Positions 25,610 through 37,594 of a stretch of 64,000 nt of DNA are shown here, piece after piece. Origin of the DNA: Selaginella moellendorffii (taxonomy: Eukaryota > Plantae > Lycopodiophyta). A program made the position numbers and the translations under genes. The stretch is from positions 2,551,710 through 2,615,709 of the forward strand of contig NW_003314264.1 of the NCBI RefSeq assembly GCF_000143415.4. The letters are read 5' to 3'. The number at the start of each line of letters is the position of its first letter. The stretch's first letter is position 1. The notes beneath the pieces were generated by a model that saw only the letters and a list, made by a program, of their open reading frames with translations, was not told the DNA's origin and did not search any database.

Positions 25610-25969
25610 CTAAGCGCTAGTGGACACCTCCTTTTTGGTACTCTCAGCGGTACTATCATCCTTCTCCGGGTTAGTTGTTTTGCTTTGGATTGTTGTCTCT
25701 GACGTTACTGGGGCGTTCTCGATAGTTGTTAATGTTGCCGTTTGTTCAGAAAAATGATCACCTGGAGTATAGTACGGGGAGTTTGGAAGACTTATATATT
25801 CTACATCTTCACCTATCTCCTTCTCCGTCTCCTTTTCTGCCTCACTTATAGATTTTGTGCTTGCCATGAGAACACTCTTCACCCTAAAATATGGAGTTCG
25901 TTGTGTTATAAAAGGAAACCAACACACACGCTGCAAGGGAATGATGGTACATAAAGCACATAAGCCCAC
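25610..25969 (-). CDS. Small acidic, Thr-rich ORF of unknown function inside the transposon (probable start MASTKS at ~25867)
   Basis: Open frame; a decayed homolog is present at ~12960-13192. Confidence 0.4.
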   Translation of the reverse strand: MGLCALCTIIPLQRVCWFPFITQRTPYFRVKSVLMASTKSISEAEKETEKEIGEDVEYISLPNSPYYTPGDHFSEQTATLTTIENAPVTSETTIQSKTTNPEKDDSTAESTKKEVSTSA

Positions 25970-26580
25970 AATATGGGTTTATGTGCCATTAATATGGGCC
26001 ACACGCCATATTATTAGATTTATGCATGTGTGATTGGTAAATGCATATGTCACATCATCTTTGTTTTACCTCACACACTATATCAGGCCTAATGAACCAT
26101 ATCACATGTGCGCACATGCTATATATATGGAGAAGTATTATGCAAGGATAGAAAAATTCAATGCATGATTGTGGAGAGCAATGGCATGAAGCCACATGCT
26201 AAATAACATTTTAGAGAAAGAATTAAAATAAAAACATGCAAACAGTACTGAGTGGACCAAGACTTAGAAGTGCACAATTGAATGAGGTATTTCTAATAAA
26301 TATTTCACTCACCTCATATAGGAATGGCTACCACTCTCAAATGGCGTATCGCCTCATGCCATCACTTCGCAATTTGTTATAACAATCCGATGAATTCATA
26401 TTTGGCTTGTTCACCTTGAACTTTAAGTAAGATTTGCTAGAACAACTAAGAATTTATACTTGTTATTTGTATCATCTCACCTAGGAATGGCGTAAGGCCA
26501 CATGCCATCACGCCTCCTCTGATTCAGATTCGGATTGTTCACCTTGAAATAAAATACATTAGAAACTTAGTAAAGGAATA

Positions 26581-29404
26581 TTAATGAATCTCACCTTGAA
26601 CCCGGGTTATGAATGCTCTTGCTGCATCTCTTGCATGGTCTGGCAAGGTGATGATGGCACTCTGCTTCCGCATCCAACCATGCACAACATTATCCACCGA
26701 TATGCTCATGCTGGGATCCCTTGGATTCAGCACCCATCGCTTTTCTAGGCAATCCTTCGTATATCCGGAACTTGGCTTGAACCACTCCACAGTTACATTG
26801 AAGGAGTTAGTTTCCGCGTCCTCCTCTGCATCAATGATGCAGCGCCCCACCCATATCATTTGTTTTTTATTACTGGGTCTAACAAGCACGACCATTCCTT
26901 TGCAGACCTGTACTGGATTGAATGCTGAATCCGGCTTCTTGTTCCTCAGCCCACAATAGTGATCCTCAACATCGTTATTTGTCACTGCATTTCTAGAGGA
27001 CATTGTTCCGCTACTATCTGGTGCTCTGGGTTCTGGCCAAAAGGACTCTTCCAATTCTTCATATACAACCGGCCCATTTTGGATAGCAAATATAATCTTC
27101 TCCCAGTATTCGATCAAAGGCTTGCACCTCTGAAAATAGGATTCTCCACCAAACACCAACCCCCTCTTCCAGAAGGCAATATGCTGTCTAATCCCGGCCA
27201 CTATACTTTCCTGGTCTTTGAGTCCATCTGGGTGCATCGGCCATGGGGAACCCTGAGGAATCATAGGTTCCCCAGTTATGGGATCTCTCTTGAAGAGTTC
27301 AATACCGTCCACTGGCAGCCACACTGTGTCCCATTCTCTCATCTTGTACCTCATCACTGGAGCACCATCACGCATGCTGAAATGAAACTGAAGAGGCTTG
27401 GAGTGGCCAATCAGCATTTTGGATTCGTCCCTGATGTAGCCTCTTACAAACCCCTTAAAGTCTGGAACCTTTGTCACAAGTGCAGCTTCAACAATGCCTT
27501 TGATGCAATTTTGGAATTCATCGTAGAGTTGTGGGAGGGTGAGGACATTGGATCGCTGGAGGGACTCTGCCAGGTGACTGAACATGGCATCGACGTCTTC
27601 ATGAGTGTGCCCAACCATGAGAAAGCCAAGTGTAACCGTTTCAAATATGCCTTTGGCAACAAGCATTGCCAAGTACGCGAAGACGTACATGTTTTTGTTC
27701 TCACTGCCAGCATTGTCTGTTTGGAGCAAAAGATGGGGTGGAAGGCCACATCGGCCGCAAGAACTTCCTTGAGATTCTGCTTCGTTTGGATGAGGCTGTG
27801 CATTCACCGGGCGACCAGCCTCGTCGGAATGGCATGAGGCCTCACGTGATAACCCTACAATCTGACGGCCAACATATTCACTGGGATGGTATGGGGCCCC
27901 ATGCAATACTGCAAGCCTTTGCTCCTCCTCCAGCTGAACCCTGTATGGGGTTTGATCGACAAGGGCCTTATGCAAGGGTTGGCCGTTCAGCTCAGTCTGC
28001 GCACTTTGCAAAGACCTTAAGTGTTTTGCTAGGGACGCAATCATCATGTTTGCACCCCCGCCACCCCATAGAGGTACAAAGAAGTTCCCATAGTTCTGGG
28101 CACCATGCCCATGAGTGATTATGCCAAACAGAGACACAGGCAGCTGCATGGATGAAGAGATTGCCTTGGGGGCAGGATTGAGTCGAGGTAAGCATGTCTT
28201 TTTCTGGTCCATTTTGTCGTGGATGATGCAGAGGTAAGAGTCAGGTCTCTCCATGGAGAGAATCCTGTTATGATAATATACAGTCCTGCAGCTTCTCTAC
28301 TCGATGTTGTGGTCGAGCCGCCTTCTAACCAACGTCTCTCACTCTTGAGCGATGCAAGAATTCTTCGACAAAGCCATTTTGATAGCAGTGCACTCGTCAC
28401 ACTTTGAAAAGCTGGAGTACTTTCCTATACTCACATCCCTGAACTTGTTGCTCCACAATCTACTAAATCTAGATTGGCTCAGCTTCCGGTAGCCATTACT
28501 CTGGAGTTCCCGATTCACATCTTCCAATATGGCCCCCTTGGTATACATGGAAGGGAGAACTCGTTGGGTGTCTCGAGTTCCATCTTCCAAGAGGCGGGTT
28601 TTATGTGGTTGTTGCTCGCTACATGTCTCGACAAACCTCTTGAAGATTGCCTCTCCATATACAACATGATCCCTGGTTTTGTGAGTACCATCGTTCCCAT
28701 GGACTGCCTGTTGAACCCTTTGTTCCTCGAACTCAGTTTTGATTCTGTAGAATGTGGTTCGAGGGACTCCATAAATGATTCTCCATGCCTTCATGCAGAC
28801 CAAACCCTCTGGAAGACCATGCCCCCCACCTGATGTTCTAAAGCATCAACAGATGACCGTAATGCCTCATACACAAAATTGCGAGCTGCCTTCCAGGACA
28901 ATGTCTTGTATCTTGCTCTCTCCTCTTCAATAGCATCCCAATCAGCATGTTGACAGCACCTCCTCTTGCAACAAGCAACTGTCGAGACCATTCGAACCTC
29001 CATCGCCATTTTCTGCCTTTTTGGTTCGTTGCTCAGATCCCTTTGGCTGCGCTTTAGGAAGGTGTACTTTCTTTTCCCATGAAGAGATGTTCTGTCATCA
29101 GTTGTAGTGGTGTTTGATTGTGAATCCTTCACATTCCAAACACTAAGTGCCTCAATTTCCACCGCACAATGCTTCCAATAGTCAGACTGTTTTCTTCTGT
29201 GTCAACAACCTCTAAAATCGCAACTCCAATATCATCCCAGCCCAATTCTTGATTAGCAACCGCATCTCTTGGATCGACAACTGCGGCTAAGCCCTCAGCT
29301 ACCACCTCCCCCTCGGGGTTGTTTAGAAACACCTTTGCCTAAATCCATGTAGCACGGTTCTTAAGATCCACGGAGGGAACATGCATCGCACTTGCGGAGG
29401 CCAT
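26581..29404 (-). pseudogene. DDD transposase, Sola1/DUF7869-like, with Cys-rich N-terminal region and a possible BAH/Tudor-like C-terminal tail; disrupted by in-frame stops and frameshifts
   Basis: Catalytic motifs IIHDKMDQKKT, LQTDNAGSENKN and FLMVGHTHEDVDAMFS; N-terminal CCKRRCC, VCMKAWRIIYG and FSKCDEC; ORFs 28339-28803 and 26581-28254 are in frame, separated by TGA/TAG stops. Confidence 0.8.
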
Positions 29405-30699
29405 TCTGAAAGTGCAGAAAAGAAGTTAAGACTATACAAAAAATGATTGGAGAATGGCCTAAATCATAACATACCAAACAACCTCAATAGCATGAGGCCA
29501 CATGCCATTATTCAAACATGCTATTGACACCCACGTGAAATTTCGCATTCACAAAATTGGCATGAGGCCTCATGCCATCTTGATATACACACAGCTGCAG
29601 GCAAGTAAAAACATACATGACAATACGCTAGCCATGAAATTGCAAGGGCCCAAGATGGCATGTGGCCTCATGCCATTTCTAAATGTGGTCCTAAGCCATT
29701 CCATGGTGAACATACCAGGAAGCACAAGTGCTGAATATCAAGAGGAAGCGGTAGCCACACCAAAGACAGTGCCGCTCACAACACCGCAACTACTTGTAGC
29801 GCCGCTCGCAACACCGCAACTGCTCGTAGCGCCGCTCGCACAAACTGCCACTCGCATAAACTGCCGCTCGTAATGGCGCTCGCAATGCCGCAACCGCTCG
29901 TAGACGTATAAACCACAACTCACAACGCCGCTTACACAAGCAGCGCTCACTGCGCTCAGCGGAACCAAGAACACGGCGCACAAAAATGATAGACCTAGGA
30001 ATGAGTTCGAGAATTCAAAAATAACACACGCTTGAACGTCACATCAAATCCTCTGACAAACCAGAGCTTATGATTCCTCTGACAAATTTCAAACTGAGTA
30101 GCTTCTAGACTTTGCTGTCGGAGGTTGAACTTTGTCACATCATGTCCTTGCCTCGATCCAGCTGTGCCATGTCAGTGATTCGAACTTTGCCATGCCATGT
30201 CAGCGATCCGCGCCAAGATTATTCGCCATGTAAAGGAATAATTATGCTGTGTGTGTACGTCCATTTATGGCAATATAAGGCCACACGCCATTCAAAGAAT
30301 AATGCTAGTCGAGCATTTTTTGGTGCATTTTTGGGTTCAAAATTGCATGAGCCCACACGCTATAAAGTTTACCTGTACCAAAAATAAAAACAGCTTTATT
30401 TACTTAGGAATTTAAATGGTTGAGGCATTTTTAAACTTACAAACACATGCCCTACTTACATTCCTTTGGTTGCTTAAACTTCAAAAATATTATAAACCTT
30501 TCTTTTTGCATTTTCAATGTTTTTAATTATGGTTTTTGATTTTCGCAGGACCAGCCTAGTAATCTATTTGCATCCCGTCATGTTTATAGCTAGCTTTCGT
30601 TTGTCCCCTTCGCTAGCCTGAGATACATCTGCTCGGCATCTGCCTCTTACAGCATTTGCCCAGAAAGGGCATCTTTCTTCACGCAGCATTTGCCACATG

Positions 30700-30725
30700 T
30701 TTAGGGTTTAGGGTTTAGGGTTTAG
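30700..30725 (+). repeat. Interstitial plant telomeric repeat (TTTAGGG)3-TTTAG / telo-box cluster
   Basis: tttagggtttagggtttagggtttag. Confidence 0.85.
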
Positions 30726-31008
30726 CAATTCATTAGCTTGATAAACATGCAAATACAGAACTTGATGCAAAATCCTTTGATATGTCACAATGCCCCTAGG
30801 ACCATAAACACATTTCAATAGAGAGGGTCCTTTCATTTGATAACTCCTTACGTAGATCTTGGTGAAACCAGAGTTAGTGAAGTTAGTTTCTTGTGATCCC
30901 GCATCTGATTGTGATGTCCCTTTGCAGTGTCGATGGAAAGGTCAATGCACACCAAACTGTAAAATCTTGGAGCAAAATAACGGCCGGATCTATGGCAAAT
31001 GCCCCTGA

Positions 31009-31327
31009 AACATTGTAAGGCTCGTGTGGTTTCATGTGGTGTTCGATCGAGATGCTTCTTTGCAGGGTCATCAAGAAAGACATTGTATACCATTCTGTAA
31101 AATCTAGTTGCGATCTAACGGTTGGATCTCCAGAAAACTCAAAAAAATCTCGCGCGTGTCAGAATATTCTAGGAATATACTCCTATGTGCCCCTGAAAAT
31201 GGCATGCGGCCCCACGCCATTCAAGAGATAACGCCAGATGAACACATAAGGCTCGTGTGGTCTCATGTGGTATCCGATCGAGATGCTTCTTTGCAGGGTC
31301 ATCAAGAAGGACATTGTATACCATTCT
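31009..31327 (+). repeat. Direct repeat of ~85 bp (31009-31096 and 31241-31327) in the central non-coding region of the transposon
   Basis: aaggctcgtgtggtYtcatgtggt..cgatcgagatgcttctttgcagggtcatcaagaaRgacattgtataccattct occurs twice. Confidence 0.85.
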
Positions 31328-31995
31328 TTATTTAGCTGAACATCTGGCATTTTTGGAAATACAAGATGCTTTGGAATATCCAATCATGCATGGTATAAAT
31401 ATAGCGAGGGTATTAAATGATATCCCAATCATGATCTTTCTTTTGGATTTTGCGTGCATGCAGTCCGAGGAATGATGACGTTACGGATTTCTTTTAGATT
31501 TCACGTGCATGCATGCGCGCGGCAATCCAGAAATTAATGGTGGCGCCCAAGTCCGAGAAATGATGACGTGGCGGGATTACCAACCGTCGTGACATTTCGC
31601 GCGTGTGAGGTTAGGTTTTGCATCGTACTCGCGCTCGCACACTCGCGCTCGCATCGCGCTCCCACTCGCGATCACGCTCACATTCGCGCTCATCTACCTT
31701 CTCTACAAGTTTCTCGTGTGCATCGGCGTCCACTCGCGCTTGCATCACACTTGCGCTCGCATCGCGCTCGTGTGCATCGGCGTCCACTTCAAGACACACC
31801 CAGTTTGTAACTTCGCCGCCAACTCCGCCGCCCACTCCGCCACCCACACGCAGCCCACTTGGCGTCCCGGGAGATTTCAGCGCCACTCTCCAACTGTAAG
31901 TGGCAGAGTAGCGTTGCTGCTACGATCCGCTACACACATAGTGCACATTCGCCAGCGAGTCCGACCTCGATTGTCATGCCTCCATTCGGCTTCAA

Positions 31996-34779
31996 ATGGT
32001 AAGTCTTTTAGGCCAAGTAGAAAATGGCATGAGGCCACATGCCATTCAGTAGCAACATTGGCATGCACTGATTGGGCTCTCGAGTGCAGTCCGGTTACAG
32101 ATGGCGTGTAGCCTCATGCCATCTTAGGATGCAGCCTCAAGACATCTGATGCAGTGGTGAATGGCGTGTGGCCTCACGTTATTTCCAGCTGCTAGCTTTT
32201 CATCTGTCAGCTCTAATTGTTGTGCATTTCTGAACAGGCGAGGAATTGCGTTCTTCTTCCAGCCACTGTCAATGTGGATGCAGAGAAGGGGGAAGAGCTC
32301 ACCAGTTGGACTTTCGGGATGGAAGGCGAGGATCTGAGGCTGTACAACATAGATGGTGGGAGAAAAGAATGCATGGGGATCCTCATCCAAGTGACAGACA
32401 CTCCATGCAGTTCCATGCAAGAATATGGACTGGCACTTGTGGTACAGACAGCGTCCGCTTTCAAGATCCACCTTGCACATCCTAGCGGCTTCCCGGAGGG
32501 GGGCAGCGGCTATGAGGAATTCCTAGAGGGAGCTAGGGAGAGGTTGTCCAGGAGGCCCACAATTTCAAAGACGCTGTGGGTCTATGAAGATCACATGGAA
32601 TCCACGGACCTCACCTACAGCGATGTTCAAAAACTATATTCCAATATTGAGCCGTTGAGAGTGCCTCCAGTTCGCGAAGCGAAGGGGAAGGGGGTCGATC
32701 TGGAAACTACCCCGAAGCAGAAAAGGGTGGTCAAGCTCAAGCCGACGTCCGACTCTTCTGCAAAAAAGAAGCTACTCGGTGATGCCATTGCCTCGGGTTC
32801 GAACACTACACCCACCAAAAAGAAGAGTCGCAAAGAGCAGAAAGAGCAAGAAGAGGCAGCAAAAATTGTCGCAGATAATAGTACTTGTTACTATTCCAAC
32901 AAAGTATATACAATCGACGTGAGCCGTATCGACATCCAAAGCAAATACAACCACAGGCTAGTATCTGATGAGTGGGTGGAGAAACTGAAGCAGAAGATGC
33001 TGGCAAGTCCAGTAACACCCGACATCGCAGACGTGATCCCCTACTACCGAACAATGAAGGGCGAGATGAGGTTTCCAGACTTGATTAATAGGAAGGTGTT
33101 AGACGATCAGAACATCCGGTTCTATGCTGTCTCCGGGCAGCATTCTAGCTTGGCGATGCAAGAGATAGTTGTGGATATTATGGTGGGCGAGGAGGTGAAG
33201 AAAGTCTTCAAGACAAGAGTTGTCCGCCTGATAAAAGGCAACTCGCCCCTCCGATCTATCATATACATCTCCCACGCACAGAATGTCAAGCAAGAAACGT
33301 GCTACAAATCAGGTCTGCACGAGACATTGGCACGAACACGGAAGCTCTGGGTTCAACTGAAGAAGCCACAAAAACCAAGACAAGGACGTGCACTAGCAAC
33401 TAGCGCCTGGTAGGTAAGCCTCGTTGCATGTGGCATAGCATGTGGCCTCACGCCATTTCCATTGCAGGAATTCTTGAGTCTTCTCTCGAAAACACTGGGG
33501 GTCAATGACACACTTAGCATCCATAACATTCTACTCGCGACAAAAGTTGTTTTTGACAAATGGGTAGATGTGCTGAGAAGGTACCATGACGGGGAGTTGC
33601 TAAACTCAATGGGTGTGGAGGACGGCCGGAAGCCCAATGATTTGAAGCTCAACACCTTGCGTTTCTCGCGGTCTCTAGACGACGACGACCTTCTGACAGT
33701 GGCTAATGCTCTTCTACGTGGTGAGGTAGTCTTCAACAAGACCAAAATGACTCCCGGCCATATTGTGACATACGAGGACTTGTGCACGACTCTGAGAGCT
33801 CGTGCGCTATTGAAGGATTGGATCTTTGAGCAAGTGGCCGTGGAGAGGGTGAGCATCGACACCACGCAAGAGATGATGGAAGAGCTGGAGTTGTCAAATG
33901 AAGACATCGACGAGTACGTGAAGGGGGCCCCCAAGTTCATCGATCTGCTGCGGGATGCCACGAAAAGTAAAGCTGAGAAGTTGGATCAGTATCCAAATTT
34001 CATTAAGAGGGATGTCGACTGCCGGCTTCAGAAACAGCTCGACCCCGCAGAAGAGGCCTATCGAGAACCTTACCGGGTATACGTGAATTCGGATGAGGAT
34101 CAAAGGTGGAGGAGCATCGTTTCCCGCGGAGATGAGCAGGTCAAGAACATCTTTTGTGTGATGGACTTCACAAACGAGGAGATCACTCATGCAGACGAAG
34201 TCAGCTCCATCATTGACTTAATGGTGGGACTTGCGGAGGTGGAATCTTCAGTCCACTATATGATCTACGACTCCGAATCCTATCACAAGTTCTGGAAGGC
34301 CTTGAACAAGGTGAAGGCTCAGTTGAAAGGCAAGGAGATGTAGGAGATCCATGGGATAATGGCTAAGAAGAAGATACCGACGAATGTCCGCATCTTCACA
34401 CTCGCCCTTATTATTGGTCCTGCAGCAGAGTGGGACTGGAATGACTTCCCAGCTTCGTTCGACAAGGCCAATCGAATTGATCTGAGGGAGGTCAATTTAC
34501 CCGTGCCTGAGGAACTGAAGACGGCTATGGAGCTTTCGAATCCAGAGAAAGCTCTAGGTGCAGCATGGGAAATGCTCAGCTGGGTCTTCAACGCAATACT
34601 TGCTTCCAACTCCAAGGGCAAATGCGTTGTCGAGTACAACTGCGGCGGACAATTCTTTCGAGCCGCACTACTCAAGGGTGTCCCGTGTGTTGCGGTGACA
34701 AACTCCATTGAAGAGGTGACTTCAATGGAGCATATAATTACAGTTGCCAAAGAAAAACAGTATCTTCTCTGCGAACCTG
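31996..34779 (+). pseudogene. Transposon cargo gene, N-terminal part: ParB/Srx-like domain followed by a degenerate amino-methyltransferase-like region; premature TAG at 33411 and 34341
   Basis: ATG|gtaagt intron 31999-32237; YTIDVSRIDIQSKYNHRLVSDEWVEKLKQKML...FYAVSGQHSSLAMQEI (ParB-like); intron 33414-33467; WVFNAILASNSKGKCVVEYNCGGQFFRAALLKGVPCVAV resembles the N6_N4_Mtase C-terminus. Confidence 0.55.
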
Positions 34780-36330
34780 GTGAGTACGTACTTTAAGTTT
34801 AAATCTTATCTCACAAGCTCTGTATGCAGGAGCGTGGCCACCCCCAGATGCTGAAACGGCGTTAACAGCTACTGTTGAAGATACCCATGTTGGGCCGAGC
34901 TCACAACCTGCACAAGGTAAGGTCACGTGAGGCCTCACGCCATTTTGATTATAGATCGTTGTGAATATTCAGACACGAAGACTGAAAAGCGCACTAGTGG
35001 CGCGTTGAAGAAGGACAAACAGACAAGCAATAGGAAAAAAGGAGGTACAAATTATATGGTGTGGTCTCATGCCATTCCTTGCAGGAGACACTTCTTCAAA
35101 GGCAAAATAGGCAAGCACCAGCCAAGCTCAAACTGACAGTGGTCATAAAAAGCGAAAGCACGTTGGACAGTCGTCGGGATCAGAGGTGTTTGATTTGAAT
35201 TGGAAGAAGGGCAACGAAAAGATGATAGGTAATGCCTCGCGGTTATGGCGTGTGTGCTCATGCCATTCATTGCAGATCAAGGGCTGAGTGAAAGCAGCCA
35301 GTCACCACCTCCTGACTCAGATTCCTATGGCGGACTCCCCTTCCCCAATCTCAATGGAGAGGTACAATGGATGAGGGATGCTTTTCAAGTCAGGGCCACG
35401 TTTTTTTCATCTCGTCGTCTTCGAAGGGTGCAAGAACGTGCAGAAACCATGTTAAGACAGTCGGGTGAGGATACGGTCCTAAGTCACGCACTAAAACAGG
35501 CTATGGATGTCTTGTATTTTGAGATGGAGACTCAGCCAGATGATTTTCCCAAAATGGTCCTGGAAGAACAAGCCATCCAGCCTGAGCAGCCTATGGAAGA
35601 AATGCAGGAGGGGGATGAGGAGCTAGAGAAAGATAATGAGCAGGAAGAGCAGAAGGACGAAGAGGAGGACAAAGAAGAGGAGGACGAAGAGGACTTGGAT
35701 GGTCCTCACAATGGTGATGATCACAATAACGACGACGACGATGATGATGACGACGATGGCCAGCCTGAGGTGGCCAAAGAGCAGCGGAGGAAGGTCATAC
35801 AAGACAAACCATCAGGTAAATAATAGTACATTCATTCCTAACCTTTTACCATTTTTAACATTGTCCATGTAGGTCGCAAAGCAAATGGTAAGTAGAGATT
35901 ATTCAGTTGAATTAAGATACAAACTCTAGCCTTTAGTGTCGAGGAAGGATAGTGCCAAGCAAGGGTCGAAACGTATGTCCAATCCTTCAGAATCAGCAGT
36001 GCGCCCAAGTGATATCGGTCCTAGTTCCTCAATAGCAGTTGATGGTAAATACAGTATAGTCGATTCAATATGCTAATGGGTTTGTTTTTAGTAGCCAGTA
36101 GGGAGGATACCATCTCAATCGAAGGGAGATATTTGGACATGCATATGGATCCGCTAGTGGACTCTACTTGCCTGCAAGAGTTATAAGAGCTGGTGGAGGC
36201 TACTATCCATATCAACGCCAAACATGCTGACCACGCTCCACTTGATGCTGCCCATACCACTGAGTCAATCTTGTCCACGTATCCAACTGACGGTGACCAG
36301 GCGCCATTGGACCCACATGTGTCATGAGGC
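34780..36330 (+). pseudogene. Middle micro-exons and Asp/Glu-rich exon of the cargo gene
   Basis: Series of ~40-55-nt GT-AG introns, three containing the palindrome; acidic tract EEEDKEEEDEED...DDDDDDDD at 35600-35760. Confidence 0.5.
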
Positions 36331-37594
36331 CGCCCCAGCCGCCGAGCCGGTCGTATCCTCATTTCCAACGGACTCAACGTGTGCCCAATCGTCTGACTAC
36401 GTGCCGTTGGAACCTCCCTACACCGCCCCTACTGCCTGTTCGGTCATGTCCACTTTGCCAACGGAGGCACCAGCTGAAATGGCGTGTGATCACACGCCAT
36501 CGGAACCACCCCATGCCATTGTTGAGCCAGTTGTACCAGAGTCTACAGCTGAAATGGCATGTGCCCACACGCCATCGGATGCGATTGACCCCACATTGCA
36601 AAGGAGAGTATTTCCGCCCTTCACCTTTCCTCGACCAAAACCCTCTCAACGACCATCGGGAGCACCATTCGCTAATATTGTAGATGGTAAAATTGACTCA
36701 CCATTTTTTATGCTGACGCATTTCATTTCAGAGTCACGGCAAAGGTACTGTATCGTTTTTGATCTGAACGGTGTCCTTTTCTCCCATGAGCGTGGCTCGT
36801 CCTCGAATGTCACTGCACCCTCCAAAGCCTGCGGTCGCAAGTTGGTCAAAAGAGACAGATTCACATTAATCACACGAGAGAAACTGCAGGATCTAATAAT
36901 GACCATGCGACACTTAAAACAGAGGGCCGGGTTCAATTTGCAATTGGGAGTTTGGACATCCATGATGCGCCACAATGCATTAACGTTGCTACAGATGATG
37001 CACGATCAGACGCGAGTAATATTACCATTTGACTTTCTCCTAACGCAGGAGGATTGCTTGACTATGGTCCATGTGAGGGGTAGCAAGCCCATCTTTGTCA
37101 AGCCAGAGGCTGTAGTGATGAACCGGACTGCTAGGTCAAGTGAAATCCTCATCATCGATGACTCGCCGATTAAAACTGCAGCGAACATGCACACATATGC
37201 AGTGCACCCCATCTCTTGCAATATGGAAACTAGGGAGAAGAAACCGTATGTTCTGGGGGACCTTGCAAAACGGCTTGGAGCGATGGTGATAGAGAACCGG
37301 CCAGTCCAAGAGGTGGCTGCAGAAATCAACCAAATGGCAGATGGAACGATATATCAGAAGCCATTTGATCGGACAGACACCAGTCATCATTTATGGCATG
37401 TATATTGTCTAGCCAAACACTATCCGCATCTCCATAATCTGCTCAACTAAATGGGTTCTTCGACCACTGAACATGAGCGTGGACGTATTAGAGAAGAGAT
37501 GGCATTACTATTGGGTTTAAATCCTGATAGTGTGGAGAGTGATGAAATTCCAAGATTATTGTATAGGCGTTGGAGGCAAAAAATAACAGTCTGA
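36330..37594 (+). CDS. FCP1/NIF (HAD-family, CTD-phosphatase-like) domain, probably the C-terminus of the cargo gene
   Basis: IVFDLNGVLF (motif I, DxN variant), LGVWTSMMRHNA, LLTQEDC, KPIFVK and LIIDDSPIKTAAN; the frame stays open past TAA 37448-50 to TGA 37594. Confidence 0.75.
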
